Positions 38,510 through 50,260 of a DNA stretch of 64,000 nucleotides are shown piece after piece. A model generated the notes under the pieces. That model was given only the letters and a program-made list of their open reading frames with translations, did not search any database and was not told the origin of the DNA. Made by a program: the position numbers and the translations under genes. The DNA is taken from positions 124,001 to 188,000 of the forward strand of contig NW_027140453.1 of NCBI RefSeq assembly GCF_036365525.1, written 5' to 3'. This DNA is from Heterodontus francisci. Taxonomy: Eukaryota. The number at the start of each line of letters is the position of its first letter. Within the stretch, counting starts at the first letter, position 1.

Positions 38510-40680
38510 ATAACTGCAGTGAGATCGAGACACCAGCAGATGGAGATGGTGAGAGGGGGAGTAACTGCAGTGAGACAGGGTCACCAGTAGATGGAGATGG
38601 TGAGAAGTGGGGACATTAGCTGCAGTGAGAGAGGGACATCAGCAGATGGAGATGGTGGGAGGGGGACAGTAACTGCAGTGAGAGAGGGACACCAGCAGAT
38701 GGAGATGGCGAGAGGGGGAGTAACTGCAGTGAGGCAGGGACACCAGCAGATGGAGATGGTGGGAGGGGGAGTAACTGCAGTGAGAGAGGGACACCAGCTG
38801 ATGGAGATGGTGGGAGGGGGACAGTAACTGCAGTGAGAGAGGGACACCAGCAGATGGAGATAGCGAGAGGGGGAGTAACTGCAGTGAGGCAGGGACACCA
38901 GCAGATGGAGATGGTGGGAGGGGGAGTAACTGCAGTGAGAGAGGGACACCAGCAGATGGAGATGGTGGGAGGGGGACAGTAACTGCAGTGAGAGAGGGAC
39001 ACCAGCAGATGGAGATAGCGAGAGGGGGAGTAACTGCAGTGAGGCAGGGACACCAGCAGATGGAGATGGTGGGAGGGGGAGTAACTGCAGTGAGAGAGGG
39101 ACACCAGCAGATGGAGATGGTGAGAGGGGGAGTAACTGCAGTGAGACAGGGTCACCAGCAGATGGAGGTGGTCAGAGGGGAGACAGTAACTGCAGTGAGA
39201 GAGGGACACCAGCAGATGAAGATGGTGGGAGGGGGACAGTAACTGCAGTGAGAGAGTGTCACCAGTAGATGGAGATGGTGAGAGGGGGGCAGTGACTGCA
39301 GTGAGAGAGGGACACCAGCAGATGGAGATGGTGGGAGGGGGACAGTAACTGCAGTGAGAGTGTCACTAGCAGATGGAGGTGGTCAGAGGGGAGACAGTAA
39401 CTGCAGTGAGAGAGGGACACCAGCAGATGAAGATGGTGGGAGGGGGACAGTAACTGCAGTGAGAGAGGGACACCAGCAGATGGAGATGGTCAGAGGGAGG
39501 CAGTGACTGCAGTGAGAGAGGGACACCAGCAGATGGAGAAGGTGGGAGGGGGACAGTAACTGCAGTGAGAGAGTGTCACCAGCAGATGGAGATGGTGAGA
39601 GGGGGAGTAACTGCAGTGACGCAGATGGAGATGGTCAGAGGGGTGACAGTAACTGCAGTGAGAGAGGGTCACCAGCAGATGGAGATGGTGAGAGGGGGGC
39701 AGTGACTGCAGTGAGAGAGGGACACCAGCAGATGGAGATGGTCAGAGGGGGGCAGTGACTGCAGTGAGAGAGGGACACCAGCAGATGGAGATGGTGGGAG
39801 GGGGACAGTAACTGCAGCGAGAGAGTGTCACCAGCAGATGGGGATGGTGAGAGGGGGAGTAACTGCAGTGACGCAGATGGAGATGGTCAGAGGGGTGACA
39901 GCAACTGCAGTGAGAGAGGGTCACCAGCAGATGGAGATGGTGAGAGGGGGGCAGTGACTGCATTGAGAGAGGGACACCAGCAGATGGAGATGGTCAGAGG
40001 GGGGCAGTGACTGCAGTGAGAGAGGGACACCAGCAGATGGAGATGGTCAGAGGGGGGCAGTGACTGCAGTGAGAGAGGGACACCAGCAGATGGAGATGGT
40101 GGGAGGGGGACAGTAACTGCAGCGAGAGAGTGTCACCAGCAGATGGGGATGGTGAGAGGGGGAGTAACTGCAGTGACGCAGATGGAGATGGTCAGAGGGG
40201 TGACAGCAACTGCAGTGAGAGAGGGTCACCAGCAGATGGAGATGGTGAGAGGGGGGCAGTGACTGCATTGAGAGAGGGACACCAGCAGATGGAGATGGTC
40301 AGAGGGGGGCAGTGACTGCAGTGAGAGAGGGACACCAGCAGATGGAGATGGTGGGAGGGGGACAGTAACTGCAGTGAGAGAGGGTCACCAGTAGATGGAG
40401 ATGGTGAGAGGGGGCAGTGACTGCATTGAGACAGGGACACCAGCAGATGGAGATGGTCAGAGGGGGGCAGTGACTGCAGTGAGAGAGGGACACCAGCAGA
40501 TGGAGATGGTCAGAGGGGGGCAGTGACTGCATTGAGAGAGGGACACCAGCAGATGGAGATGGTCAGAGGGGGGCAGTGACTGCAGTGAGAGAGGGACACC
40601 AGCAGATGGAGATGGTGGGAGGGGGACAGTAACTGCAGTGAGACAGGGTCACCAGCAGATGGAGATGGTGAGAGGGGCAG
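38510..40680. repeat. ~51-54-bp minisatellite (AACTGCAGTGAGAGAGGGACACCAGCAGATGGAGATGGTGGGAGGGGG[AC]AGT)
   Basis: Directly visible; 17-aa periodicity in the ORFs. Confidence 0.95.
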
Positions 40681-40684
40681 TATG

Positions 40685-41190
40685 CCATCCAGTTCTGGTC
40701 ACCACACTTTAGGAAGGATGAGTGTCTTTGACACGCTGCAGAGGAGATTTACCAGAATGGTTCCAGGGATGCTACACGGTTAGATTGGAGAATATGGGGT
40801 GGTTTACATTTGAGCAAAGGCGATTGAGGGGAGATCGGATAGAGGAGTACAAGATTGTGACAGTGTTAGATAAAGTAGACAGAGTAAACCTGTTCCCATT
40901 AGTGGATGGTGCAAGGAATATTGGTCACAGATTGATGATTTTGGACAATAGATACTGGGGTATTTGAGGAAGAACCTCTATACACAGTGAGTGGTAATAA
41001 CCGGGAATTCACTGCCTACCAGGGTGGTGGAAGTGGAGACAATGAATGATTTCAAAAGGAAATTGAATGGACACTTGAAGGAGATAATCTTGCTGGGCCG
41101 CAGGGATAGAGAGGTAGAATGGGACTGACTGGATTGCATGGACTCGATGGGCAGAATGGCCTCCTTCTGTACCATACTGGCTGTATGACT
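40685..41190 (+). mobile_element. CR1 LINE 3' fragment
   Basis: QFWSP, RRLRGDxIExYKI and CR1 3'-tail motifs. Confidence 0.85.
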
Positions 41191-41340
41191 TTCTGGCTAA
41201 CTGGCTGTAAAGTGTTTTCAGATAAAATGGTGTTGCAAAGGTCACCAATAGGGATACAAAGGGGCTCGATGGTTTGCTGAGCTTTCACGATGATGCTGCT
41301 CACAGCTGGGTGTTTTAGGGGCAGGTTGGGAGAGTGAGGA

Positions 41341-41379
41341 TGTTTTTGTCTCACTCTGCCGCAGGATTGTATCGCTGTG
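41341..41379 (-). promoter_or_regulatory. 23-bp-spacer recombination signal sequence
   Basis: CACAGCG + 23 nt + ACAAAAACA immediately 3' of YYCAASM. Confidence 0.92.
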
Positions 41380-42005
41380 CCCATACTCGCTGCACAGTAG
41401 TAGGTCGCAGTGTCTGTCGGCTGGGGGTCGCCCAGCTGTAGGGAGAATCGGTTGCTTGCAGAGTCGTGTTGCACAGTGAACCGCTTCCCAAAGCCTGGCC
41501 CACAGCTGCCGTGCTCATTGCACATCCACTCTACTGCCTTCCCCTCCTGCCTCTACCAGTGCATGGTGTAGCTGCCCATGCTGGCTCCCTCCAAGCTGCA
41601 GCCGAGGGCGAGGGGCTTCCCCGGTCGAATAGAAGCCGCGGCTGGAGTCTGGACCACAGTGGGTGCAGACTGAACCCCTGGAACACATTCCATAAAAGAA
41701 AGTAATTCAGACTCATGGAAGGAAAATGGTAGCATAAATCATAAAATCTAGCAGAATAGAAAGAGGCCGTTCTGCCCATCGTATCTGCGCTGGCTGTTTG
41801 AAAGAGCTATCGAGTTAGTCTCACTTGCCCCTGCTCCTACCCCATTGCCCTCCCAATTTCCCCGCTCCAAGCCCTGATCCAATAGCCATTTGGGAGATTA
41901 CTATTGAATCTACTTCCTCCTGCTGAAGGGATAGCACTTACAAAAAATCCAATGTCCAAGCAATAAGATGACCAAGATAGAGACGTTTTTAGCTAAGAGT
42001 GCCAT
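41380..42005 (-). pseudogene. T-cell receptor V segment (delta/alpha-type, TRDV2-like) with intact leader and one in-frame stop
   Basis: Leader exon 42005-41942 (MALLAKNVSILVILLLGHWIF, GTAAGT donor, phase 1). V exon 41677-41380 reads VQSAPTVVQTP..LGCSLEGASMGSYTMHW*RQEGKAVEWMCNEHGSCGPGFGKRF..FSLQLGDPQPTDTATYYCAAS, with TAG at 41553-41555 in place of the Tyr of WYRQ. Confidence 0.9.
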
Positions 42006-42274
42006 CGTCCTTCTCAGAAGCAGAGAGGCAGCCCTTACTGAGCAACAAGCCAGCGCCTGGTAAATGGAAATGCCACCGGTTGTGATGAAGAGAGTGGAAC
42101 GATTGGCCGCCCATCCTGTACCTCGACCACGCCTGTCAGCAGAGTGAACAAATGAGGAGCACTTCCCTCAGCAACATTGCTGTTATTTATGCAGATTGCT
42201 GCAAGCCCCTGAGCCCGACTTTCACTCTTCCCTTCCCAACATTCCCACCTTTCCTTCCATGGAATATTGCCTTA

Positions 42275-43750
42275 TTTTTTGATTGGTCAGGAACGTGCTG
42301 ACCATGTGAAAGATAGGTAGGAAAACAAATTGTGAGGAGGGCACAAAGAGTCTGCAGAGGGTTATAGATAGGTTAAGTAAGTGGGCAAAAATTGCCAGAT
42401 GGAGTATACTGTGGGCAAATGTGAGCTTGCCCACTTTGGCAGGAAGAATGGGAATTCAGAATATTATTTAAATAGAGAGAGACTGCAGGTCTCTACAGGA
42501 CAGAGGGATCTGGGGTCCTGGTACGTGAATCACAAAAAGTCAGCATGTAGGTACAGCGAGTGATTAGGGCGGCAAATGAAATGTTGTTGTTTATTGCAAG
42601 GGGAATAGAATATAAAAGTAGGGAAGTGTTGCTACAGCTGTACAGGGCCTTAGTTAGACCACATCTGGAGTACTGAGTAAAGTATTGGTCTACGTAATTA
42701 AGAAAGGACATAAATGCATTGGAATTAGTTCAGAGAAGCTTCACTCGGCTGATACCTGGAATGAAGGGGTTGTCTTATGAGGAAATGTTGAGCAGTTTGA
42801 GCCGATGCCCACTGGAGTTTAGAAGAATGAGAGGTGATCTTATCGAAACATGTCATATTTTAAGGGGGATTGACAGCTTGGAAGCCGAGAGGATGTTTCC
42901 CCCTGGTGGGCGAATCTAGAACTAGGCAGCATAATTTCAAAATAAGTGATTGTCAGATGGAGTATAATGTGGGGAAAATTGAGGTTGTTCACTTTGGTTG
43001 CAAGAATATAACTTTTTACAAGGCGTGAATCTTCTCGATGTTGCTGTTCAGAGAGGCTTGGGTGTCCCCCTACATGAAACACAGTAACTTCACATGCAGG
43101 TGCAGCAAGAAATTAGCAAGGCAAATGGCCTGTTGGCCTTTATTGCAAGTGGGATTGGAGTACAGGAATAAGGAAGTCTTGTTACAATTGGCCAGTTCTT
43201 TGGTAAGATCACATCTGCGTTACTGTACGCAGTTTTGGTCTCCACATCCGAGGAAGGCTACACTTGCCTCGGTGGCAGTACAACGAAGGCTCACTCCATT
43301 GTTTCCTGGGATGAGAGGTTTGTCCTAATATGAGAGGGCCTGTAGTCTATGGAGTTTAGAAGAATGAAAGGTGATCTCAGTGAAACATACAAGATTCTGA
43401 AGGTGCTTGACTGGGTAGACACTGAGAAGTTGTTTCCCCTGGCTGGGGAATCTAGTACAGCCGAAGGATGAGGGGCCAAGCATTTGGGACTGAGATAAGG
43501 AGAGGTTTCTTCACTCAAAGGGTGGTAAATCTTTGGAATTCCCTACCCCCGGGGGTGGTGGATGCTCCATCATTGAATATATTTCAGGTTGTGATAGACA
43601 GATATGTGGTCACTGATGGACTGCAGGGATATGGGGAGCGGGTGGAAAGTGGGGTTCAGTTGGAGGATCAGTCATGATGGTATTGAATGACAGAGCAGGA
43701 TTGAGGGGCCGAATGGTCTACTCCTGCTCCGATTTCTCATGTTATTCTAA
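42275..43750 (+). mobile_element. Tandem CR1 LINE RT fragments
   Basis: LVRPHLEY, QFWSP, RRMRGDLIET and FFTQRVVNLWNSLP motifs occur twice. Confidence 0.88.
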
Positions 43751-44079
43751 AATCTAGTCATTTGATTCATGATGATTCCATTAACACAATCTAAAAACCC
43801 GTTAACTTTAACTGCCGGCTCTTTACATCAGTCTTCACCCTTCAATGATCTGACCAGAATAATTCTCTGCTGGCCTCTTTCAGTGTCTTCCCTGCAATTG
43901 GATTCATTTCTGGCCCCATCAACGTACATAACACAACATTTGCCGAAATTTAATGCCAGTTGCCATTGTGTGGCCTAATCCCCTGCCACAGGTAAATCAC
44001 TTTGGATTCCACAGGACCCCTCTACTGTCTTAACCCGTGCAAAGATTTTAGTGACATCTGCAAACATTCTTTTATTATT

Positions 44080-44480
44080 TCATTGGATGTGGGAGTCACT
44101 GGCCAGGCCAGAAATTATTGCCCATCCCTAATCGCCCTTGAGAAGGTGGTGGTGAGCTGCCTTCTTGAGCCACTGCAGTCCATGTGAGGTGGGCACACCC
44201 ACAGTGCTGTTAGGAAGGGAGTTCCAGGATTTTGACCCAGCGACAGTGAAGGAACGGCCGATACAGTTCCAAGTCAGGATGGTGTGTGGCTTGGAGGGGA
44301 ACTTGCAGGTGGTGGTGTTCCCATGCGTTTGCTGCACTTGTCCTTCTAGATTGAGGTCGCGGGTTTGGAAGGTGCTGTCGAAGGAGCCTTGGTGCGTTAC
44401 TGCAGTGCATTGTGTAGCTGGTACACACTGTTGCCACTGTGCATCTGTGGCGGAGGGAGTGACTATTTAAGGTGGTGTTT
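44080..44480 (-). mobile_element. Non-LTR retrotransposon 3' end (same family as 47110-48220)
   Basis: Close similarity to 47115-47510; GSKSWNSLP motif on the minus strand. Confidence 0.8.
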
Positions 44481-44489
44481 GTTTAGTTA

Positions 44490-44599
44490 GATTCCCCCAG
44501 CTGCTGTGGTGGGATTTGAACTCTTGTGCTCTGGATCATTCGGTCGAAGCCTCAGGATTACTAGTCCCAGTAACATAACAGCAATGCTACCGTACCCCC
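44490..44599 (-). mobile_element. tRNA-derived SINE head
   Basis: The minus strand reads GGGGTACGGTAGC...GGACTAGTAATCC...GAGTTCAAATCCCACC (B-box). Confidence 0.65.
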
Positions 44600-44633
44600 A
44601 GAGACTGGGGTAAGGTGTATTACACAATTCCCA

Positions 44634-44672
44634 AGTTTTTGCTGTGTTTCCTTGCATTCTAGTTACACTGTG
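44634..44672 (-). promoter_or_regulatory. 23-bp-spacer recombination signal sequence
   Basis: CACAGTG + 23 nt + GCAAAAACT directly after YYCGAHKDT. Confidence 0.9.
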
Positions 44673-44960
44673 TGTATCCTTGTGAGCCCCGCAGTAGTAA
44701 GTGCTGTTGTCTTGGACTCGGGAGCTTTTCCAGGACAGAGTGAAAGTGTTGGCCTGAGTCTTGTGCTGGGTTTCAATCCTTTTCCTGTAGTTAGATGCAG
44801 AAAGTACACTCTATCTGATCCATTCCAGGCAGTCACCAATCTGCAAGTACCAGTCCAAACAACACTCAGTCATGTTGCCCTGCCCAATGCTTCTGTGGAA
44901 CGTGGGTTCCTCAACGGGAACCAGAGCATTGACCACTGGGGACTGGAGAACCATCTAACA
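44673..44960 (-). pseudogene. Second, more decayed antigen-receptor V segment
   Basis: Manual minus-strand translation VLQSPVVNALVPVEEPTFHRSIGQGNMTECCLDWYLQIGDCLEWIR*SVLSASNYRKRIETQHKTQANTFTLSWKSSRVQDNSTYYCGAHKD shows WYxQ, FTL and DxxTYYC. The first Cys is lost and a stop lies at 44811-44813. Confidence 0.85.
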
Positions 44961-45659
44961 TCTAACAAGATTCTTCACACAGTATGGCAGATCAATGGGG
45001 AGAGAACGACAGTGGGCCACAGGGATGGACAGAGGCAAAAGCAGAAGAGAGGGAATAAGAAGGAGACAAATTATTCTTCTAGAGTCACGCTGCTACATTC
45101 ACACTTATATTTGCTCCACAGGTTAAGCCCAATTATAAATCAGATTTATTACATTGATAAAACTATAAATGCACCAAACTCGGAAGGATGAATACAAACC
45201 AATTCAGTCTGCATCTGAGAAAAAAGGAAATTGGTAATGTTTAATGATGATACTCTGTCAGAATAATCCTAACTGCTGTTCACATCAAGGAACAGTAAAT
45301 TATTTCAATTTGGTTGATGAGGAGATTATGTATAGCAATGCATAAAGTAACTATTACGAACATTAATTTCATCAACAATGGGACCAAATGGGGATAGTGG
45401 TGTTTCCTGTCTTAAAACTGGAAAGCAGGAATATGGAAAGCAGATCTCAAACTACTTTGAGATTCTTTTCAGAGGTGGAGGCTCGTTATAAGCAGTGTGA
45501 TCAAACCGCCCCTGCTGCTGTGGAAACTGCAGATAGGTCAAATAACCAGTGTCACTGGCGTTGTATTCCTCGCAGAGCACCCTCTGACCACATCATACCA
45601 ACAAAACCTTAGAGGGGAACAGAGCAGGACAGGCAGAGGCCATCCCGGGGAACCCCACA

Positions 45660-46240
45660 TAGGGAGAAATAAAGAGAGAATGAGAGAGAGAGAACAACTG
45701 GGAGGGAGCAAGGGAGAGGTAGAGTGAGGCAAAGACAGAGAGAGAGAGACAGACTGATCAACAAAGCCACTGAGAGATGGAATGATTCAGGGAAAATTAG
45801 TTGGAAAGAGAGAGAGAGATTGAGAGAACGAGTGACAGATAGAGAGAATGAGGCAATAGGAGGTGTAGAGACAGACAGGGAGAGACAGAGACAGAGCGAC
45901 ACAGAGACAGTAAATGAGAGGAGCTAGGCAGAATTAATTAGAGAGAGAGAGACAGAATGAGACTGAGTGCGTGTGAGAGAGAAATAGAGACAGACAGCAA
46001 GAGTAAGCGAGGAAATGAGAGGCGAGAAAGAGAGGGGAAGGAAAGAAGAGAGTGAGATAAAGAGAGAGAATGAGAATGGGTGTGTGTGTGAGAGACAGAA
46101 AAAGCATCAGAGCTGAGAGGAAATGAGAGAAGGAAAGAGAGACAGGGATAAAGAAAGAGAATGAGAGTGAGTGTGTGTGAGAGAGGAAAGATAACAAGAC
46201 CAACAGAGACAGAGAAACAGACATGACGAGAGAGAGTAAG
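45660..46240. repeat. GA-rich low-complexity tract
   Basis: Imperfect (GA)n. Confidence 0.9.
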
Positions 46241-46441
46241 GAAACAATTTTACAGAACAATGTAAACGATGTTTTTTAAATCAATATTGGTGAAGTCTGA
46301 TGTGTTTCCTGGTGCTTGCTCGCCCACTGCTGTCCCCCTGGAGGAGAAAACCCCCCAAAAATACAAAAACAACTGCAGCAGAAAAAAGCACGAACAAATT
46401 CAACAATAACTTCAACAGGAAAAAAAAAGCACCAATGAAAA

Positions 46442-46712
46442 GGGCGGTACAGTGGCCCAGTTGTTACCACCGCAGCCTCATAGCTCCAGCGACCCAGATT
46501 CAATTCTGGGTACTGCCTGTGTGGAGTTTGCAAGTTCTTCCTGTGTCTGCGTACTTTCCTCTGGGTGCTCCGGTTTCCTCCCACATGCCATTATAAATTG
46601 CCCGTGGTATAGGTAGGTGGGAGGGAAATACAGGGACAGGTGGGGATGTGGTAGGAATATGGAATGAGTGTAGGATTAGTATAAATGGGTGGTTGGTGGT
46701 CGGCACTGACTT
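46442..46712 (+). mobile_element. HE1-like V-SINE
   Basis: tRNA-like head followed by the V-domain-type TGTGTGGAGTTTGCA...GGGTGCTCCGGTTTCCTCCCACA. Confidence 0.8.
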
Positions 46713-47109
46713 GTCGACTCAAGCAAGTGATTCAGGTTTGCACAACGCCTCCCTCCCTGATGGGGAACCCACGCCCCTCTCTCGACCATTGGCTGCCAGT
46801 AGTTGCTGTTGCAAATGTTGGTATCATTCTGCTGCTGAGGTTGTTGTTGTATTTGCTGGTGTTTTCCTCCGGCTGAGGTTGTTGAATTTGTTGGTGTTTG
46901 AATCTCCTGCTGATCTGTTGTTGAATTTGTTGGCCTTGTTCTCCTGCTGAGGTAGTTGTTGTGTTGGTTGGTGTTTTCCCTGCTGAGGTTTTTGTTGTAC
47001 TTGTTGTTTTCTTCCCTGCTTAAATTGTTGTTCAATTCGGTTTTTGCATGCTGAGGTTGTTGTTACATTTTTGGTGTTTTTCTTTCCCTGCTGAGGTTAT
47101 TTTCTCTTT

Positions 47110-48220
47110 TTTAATTCATTCATGGGATTTTGGGCGATGCTGGTTGAGGTCAGCATTTATTGTCCATCCCTAATTGCCCCTTCAGAAGGTGGTGGTGAGC
47201 TGCCTTCTTGAACCACTGCAGTCCATGTAGTGTAGGTACACCCACAGTGCTGTTAGGAAGGGAGTTTCAGGATTTTGACCCACAGTTAGTGAAGGAACAG
47301 CCGATATAGTTCCAAGTCACGATGGTGTGTGACTTGGAGGAGAACCTGCAAGTGGTGGTGTTCCCATGCATCTGCTGCCCTTGTCCTTCGAGGTGGTAGA
47401 GGTTGCGGATTTGGAAGGTGTTGACGGAGGGAGCCTTGGAAATTGCTGCAGTGCATCTTGCAGATGGTACACACTGCTGACACTGAGCATCAGTGGTGGA
47501 GGGAGTGAATGTTTGTAGATGGGGTGCCAATCAAGCGGGCTGCTTTGTCCTGGACGGTGTCGAGCTTCTTGAGTGTTGTTGGAGCTGCACCCATCCAGGC
47601 AAATGGACAGTATTCCATCACACTCCTGACTTGTGCCTTGTAGATGGTTAACAGGCTTTGGGGAGTCAGGAGGTGAGTTACTGGCTGCAGGATTCCTAGC
47701 CTCTGACCTGCTCTTGTAGCCACAGTATTTATATGGCTACTCCAGTTCAGATTCTGTTCAATGGCAATCCCCAGGATGTTGATAGTGGGGGATTCAGCGA
47801 TGGTAATGCCATTGAATGTCAAAGGGAGATGGTTATATTCTCTCTTGTTGTAGATGGTCAATGCGTGGCACTTGTGTGGCACGAATGTTACTTGCCACTT
47901 ATCAGCCCAAGCCTGGATGTTGTCCAGGTCTTGCTACATCTGAACACAGGCTGCTTCAGAATCTGAGCTGTCACGAATGATGCTGAACATTGTGAAGTCA
48001 TCAGTGAACATCCCCACTCTGACCTTATGATTGAAGGGAATTTCATTTATGAAGCCGTTGGAGATGGTGGAACAGGACGTACCCGGGGATGGCGATAGCG
48101 AGGTCTGTGACATTGTCTGTAAGGCATGATTCCCTGAGTATGACTATGTCAGGTTGTTGCTTGACAGCTCTCCCAACCTTGGCACAAGGCCCGAAATGTT
48201 GGTAAGGAGGACCGTGCAGA
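47110..48220 (-). mobile_element. Non-LTR retrotransposon (CR1/L2/Jockey superclade) RT C-terminus and 3' UTR, rearranged
   Basis: ORF 47490-47882 contains NILG..LNWSSHI..YKAQVRSVMEY..LDTVQDKAARLI. Confidence 0.88.
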
Positions 48221-48461
48221 TTCAACATGTTGTTGCATCTGCTGCTGTGTTTCACCTGCTGAAGTTGTCTTTGTTGCTTTTCTCCTCCTGACGCACTTCT
48301 TGAATTCTGTTGGTGTTTTTTTCTCCTCCTGACATTGGTTGGTGAGCTTTTTTTTGCCAACGTTGCTTCTGAATTTGTTGGTGTTTTCCCTCGCTGAGGC
48401 TGTTGTTGCATTTGTTGATGCTTTTCGTGCTGAGGTTTTTGTTGCATTTGTTGTATTGCCC

Positions 48462-48706
48462 AGAGGAGGTTACAGAGATAAGGAGGGTTGTTGGGCTGGA
48501 GGAGGTTACAGTGATAGGGAGTATTGTAGGGGCTGGAGGAGGTTACAGTGATAGGGAGTATTGTAGGGGCTGGAGGAAGTGACAGAGAGAGGGAGGGATG
48601 TAGGGCTCGAGGAAGTTTCAGAGATAGAGAGCATTGTCGGGGCTGGAGGAGGTTACAGAAATAGGGAAGCTTGTCGGGGGCTGGAGGGGGTTACAGAGAC
48701 AGGGAT
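48462..48706. repeat. 37-bp tandem repeat (GGGCTGGAGGAGGTTACAGNGATAGGGAG...), probably L2-derived
   Basis: ~6-7 visible copies. Confidence 0.85.
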
Positions 48707-49564
48707 AATTGTCACTGTTCATCGAGTGTACTCAGTGTTAACCCCAGTATCATTCTGGTGAATCTCAGCTGTATCTGGTCTAAGGCAAACAGCTGCTTGT
48801 TGAGGAAGGTGCCCAGACTGTGTGCAATATTCCAGATGTAGTCGAACCAGAGCCTCCTACAACTGTGGCATTACCTCCAAACCCTTTGTATTGTAGCTTC
48901 TTCCATTAATCACACGTTCCATAATGCATGACTGGATGCACGCATACACCAAACACACACTCCCAACTCTCTCTCCCCCACCCCCTCTCTCTCCTCAGTT
49001 TGTTTGACTATGTTGTTAGTTGTGCATCTTTGTCCTTCAGCTGATCGTATCTGTGCCTCTGATATGAAGAATCTATTGTTCTCAGTCCTTGACAAACACA
49101 ATAGCTTCCTGCTTTGTAAAAGTTGACATTATCCTAGTTGACACACGGCACAACATTCAAATCTGTTAGTCCCAGGGAATGCAAATATCAAAGCCGGCTC
49201 AGAAGTGTTAATGAGTCCATTGTGGGACTGAATGAATATCTGACAACCTGGCATGGACTCAGGGGCACTGACAGAATCAGCAATCCAGTGAGAATGGAAA
49301 CTGTGGAAACTATCAAGGACTAGGCGTTGGACATGGGCTGGTTGGAACTGAGATGCACATTCAGACGCCCCTTTTCACAGGCAGTGTAACATTGAGTAAC
49401 AATGTGCTGCAAGGTGATTGTGATTACTGAGGGGACAGTGACATTGTGATTCTGTCACAGGAATATTATCTAGAACCCTGGACTGACTGCACTGCCCAAT
49501 GTGCTAATGATCTAACAGAGAAATGTGGGGACAGACGAATCCCACCCCATCAGAAACAAATCCT

Positions 49565-50260
49565 CGAATAGTCCAACAGAGGGAGGCCATTCGGCCCATC
49601 GAGGGTTTGTCATCTCTTTCGAAAATCAACCCAGTTAATCCAACTCCCCACACTTTCACACATAATTCCCTCATTTAATTCCCCTTCAAGTATTGAGCCA
49701 ATTCCCTTTTTGAATAATACCATTGAATTTCCACCACCCTATCAGACATTGCCCTCCAAATCCAAACCACTCATGATATTAAAAAACATTTATCCTCATG
49801 TCACCTCCGGTACCTTTGCCCATCACATTAAAGCTGTGCCCTCTGGTGATCTATCGAATCTCCCCTTAACCTTCTCTGCTCTAAGGAGAACTCCCCTTTC
49901 TAGCCCAGTCTTTTTACTTGACTGAAATTCCTCACCAACTGAACCATCCGAGAAATTTTCTTCTGCATCCTCTCCAAAGCCTACAGGTCTTTCCCAAAGT
50001 GTGGTGCCCAGAATTGGGCACAATGTTCCAACAGGGACCGAACTGGTGTTTTATACAGGTTTGGCATGACTCCCGGACTTTTGTACTCGACCTCTCTATT
50101 TCCAAAGCCCAGACTGGAATATGATTTATTAATCGCTTTCTCAACCTCCTCTGCCACCTTTAAATATTCCTGCACAAGCACCCCCAGGTCTCTCTGTTCT
50201 TGCACCACTTCACAAATTGTTTTGTTTCATCTCTCCTCATTCTTGCAGTCAAAATCAAAC
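49565..50260 (-). mobile_element. CR1 LINE fragment
   Basis: The minus strand gives QRDLGVLV, YKTPVRSLLEHCAQFWAP and a CR1 3' tail. Confidence 0.85.

Noticed and set aside
45095-45160. Possible decayed leader exon of the second V segment
   Set aside because: The donor reads ATAAGT and there are in-frame stops with no usable ATG, so it cannot be supported.
44652-45191. 179-aa plus-strand ORF
   Set aside because: It is the antisense shadow of the V pseudogene and has no recognisable domain.
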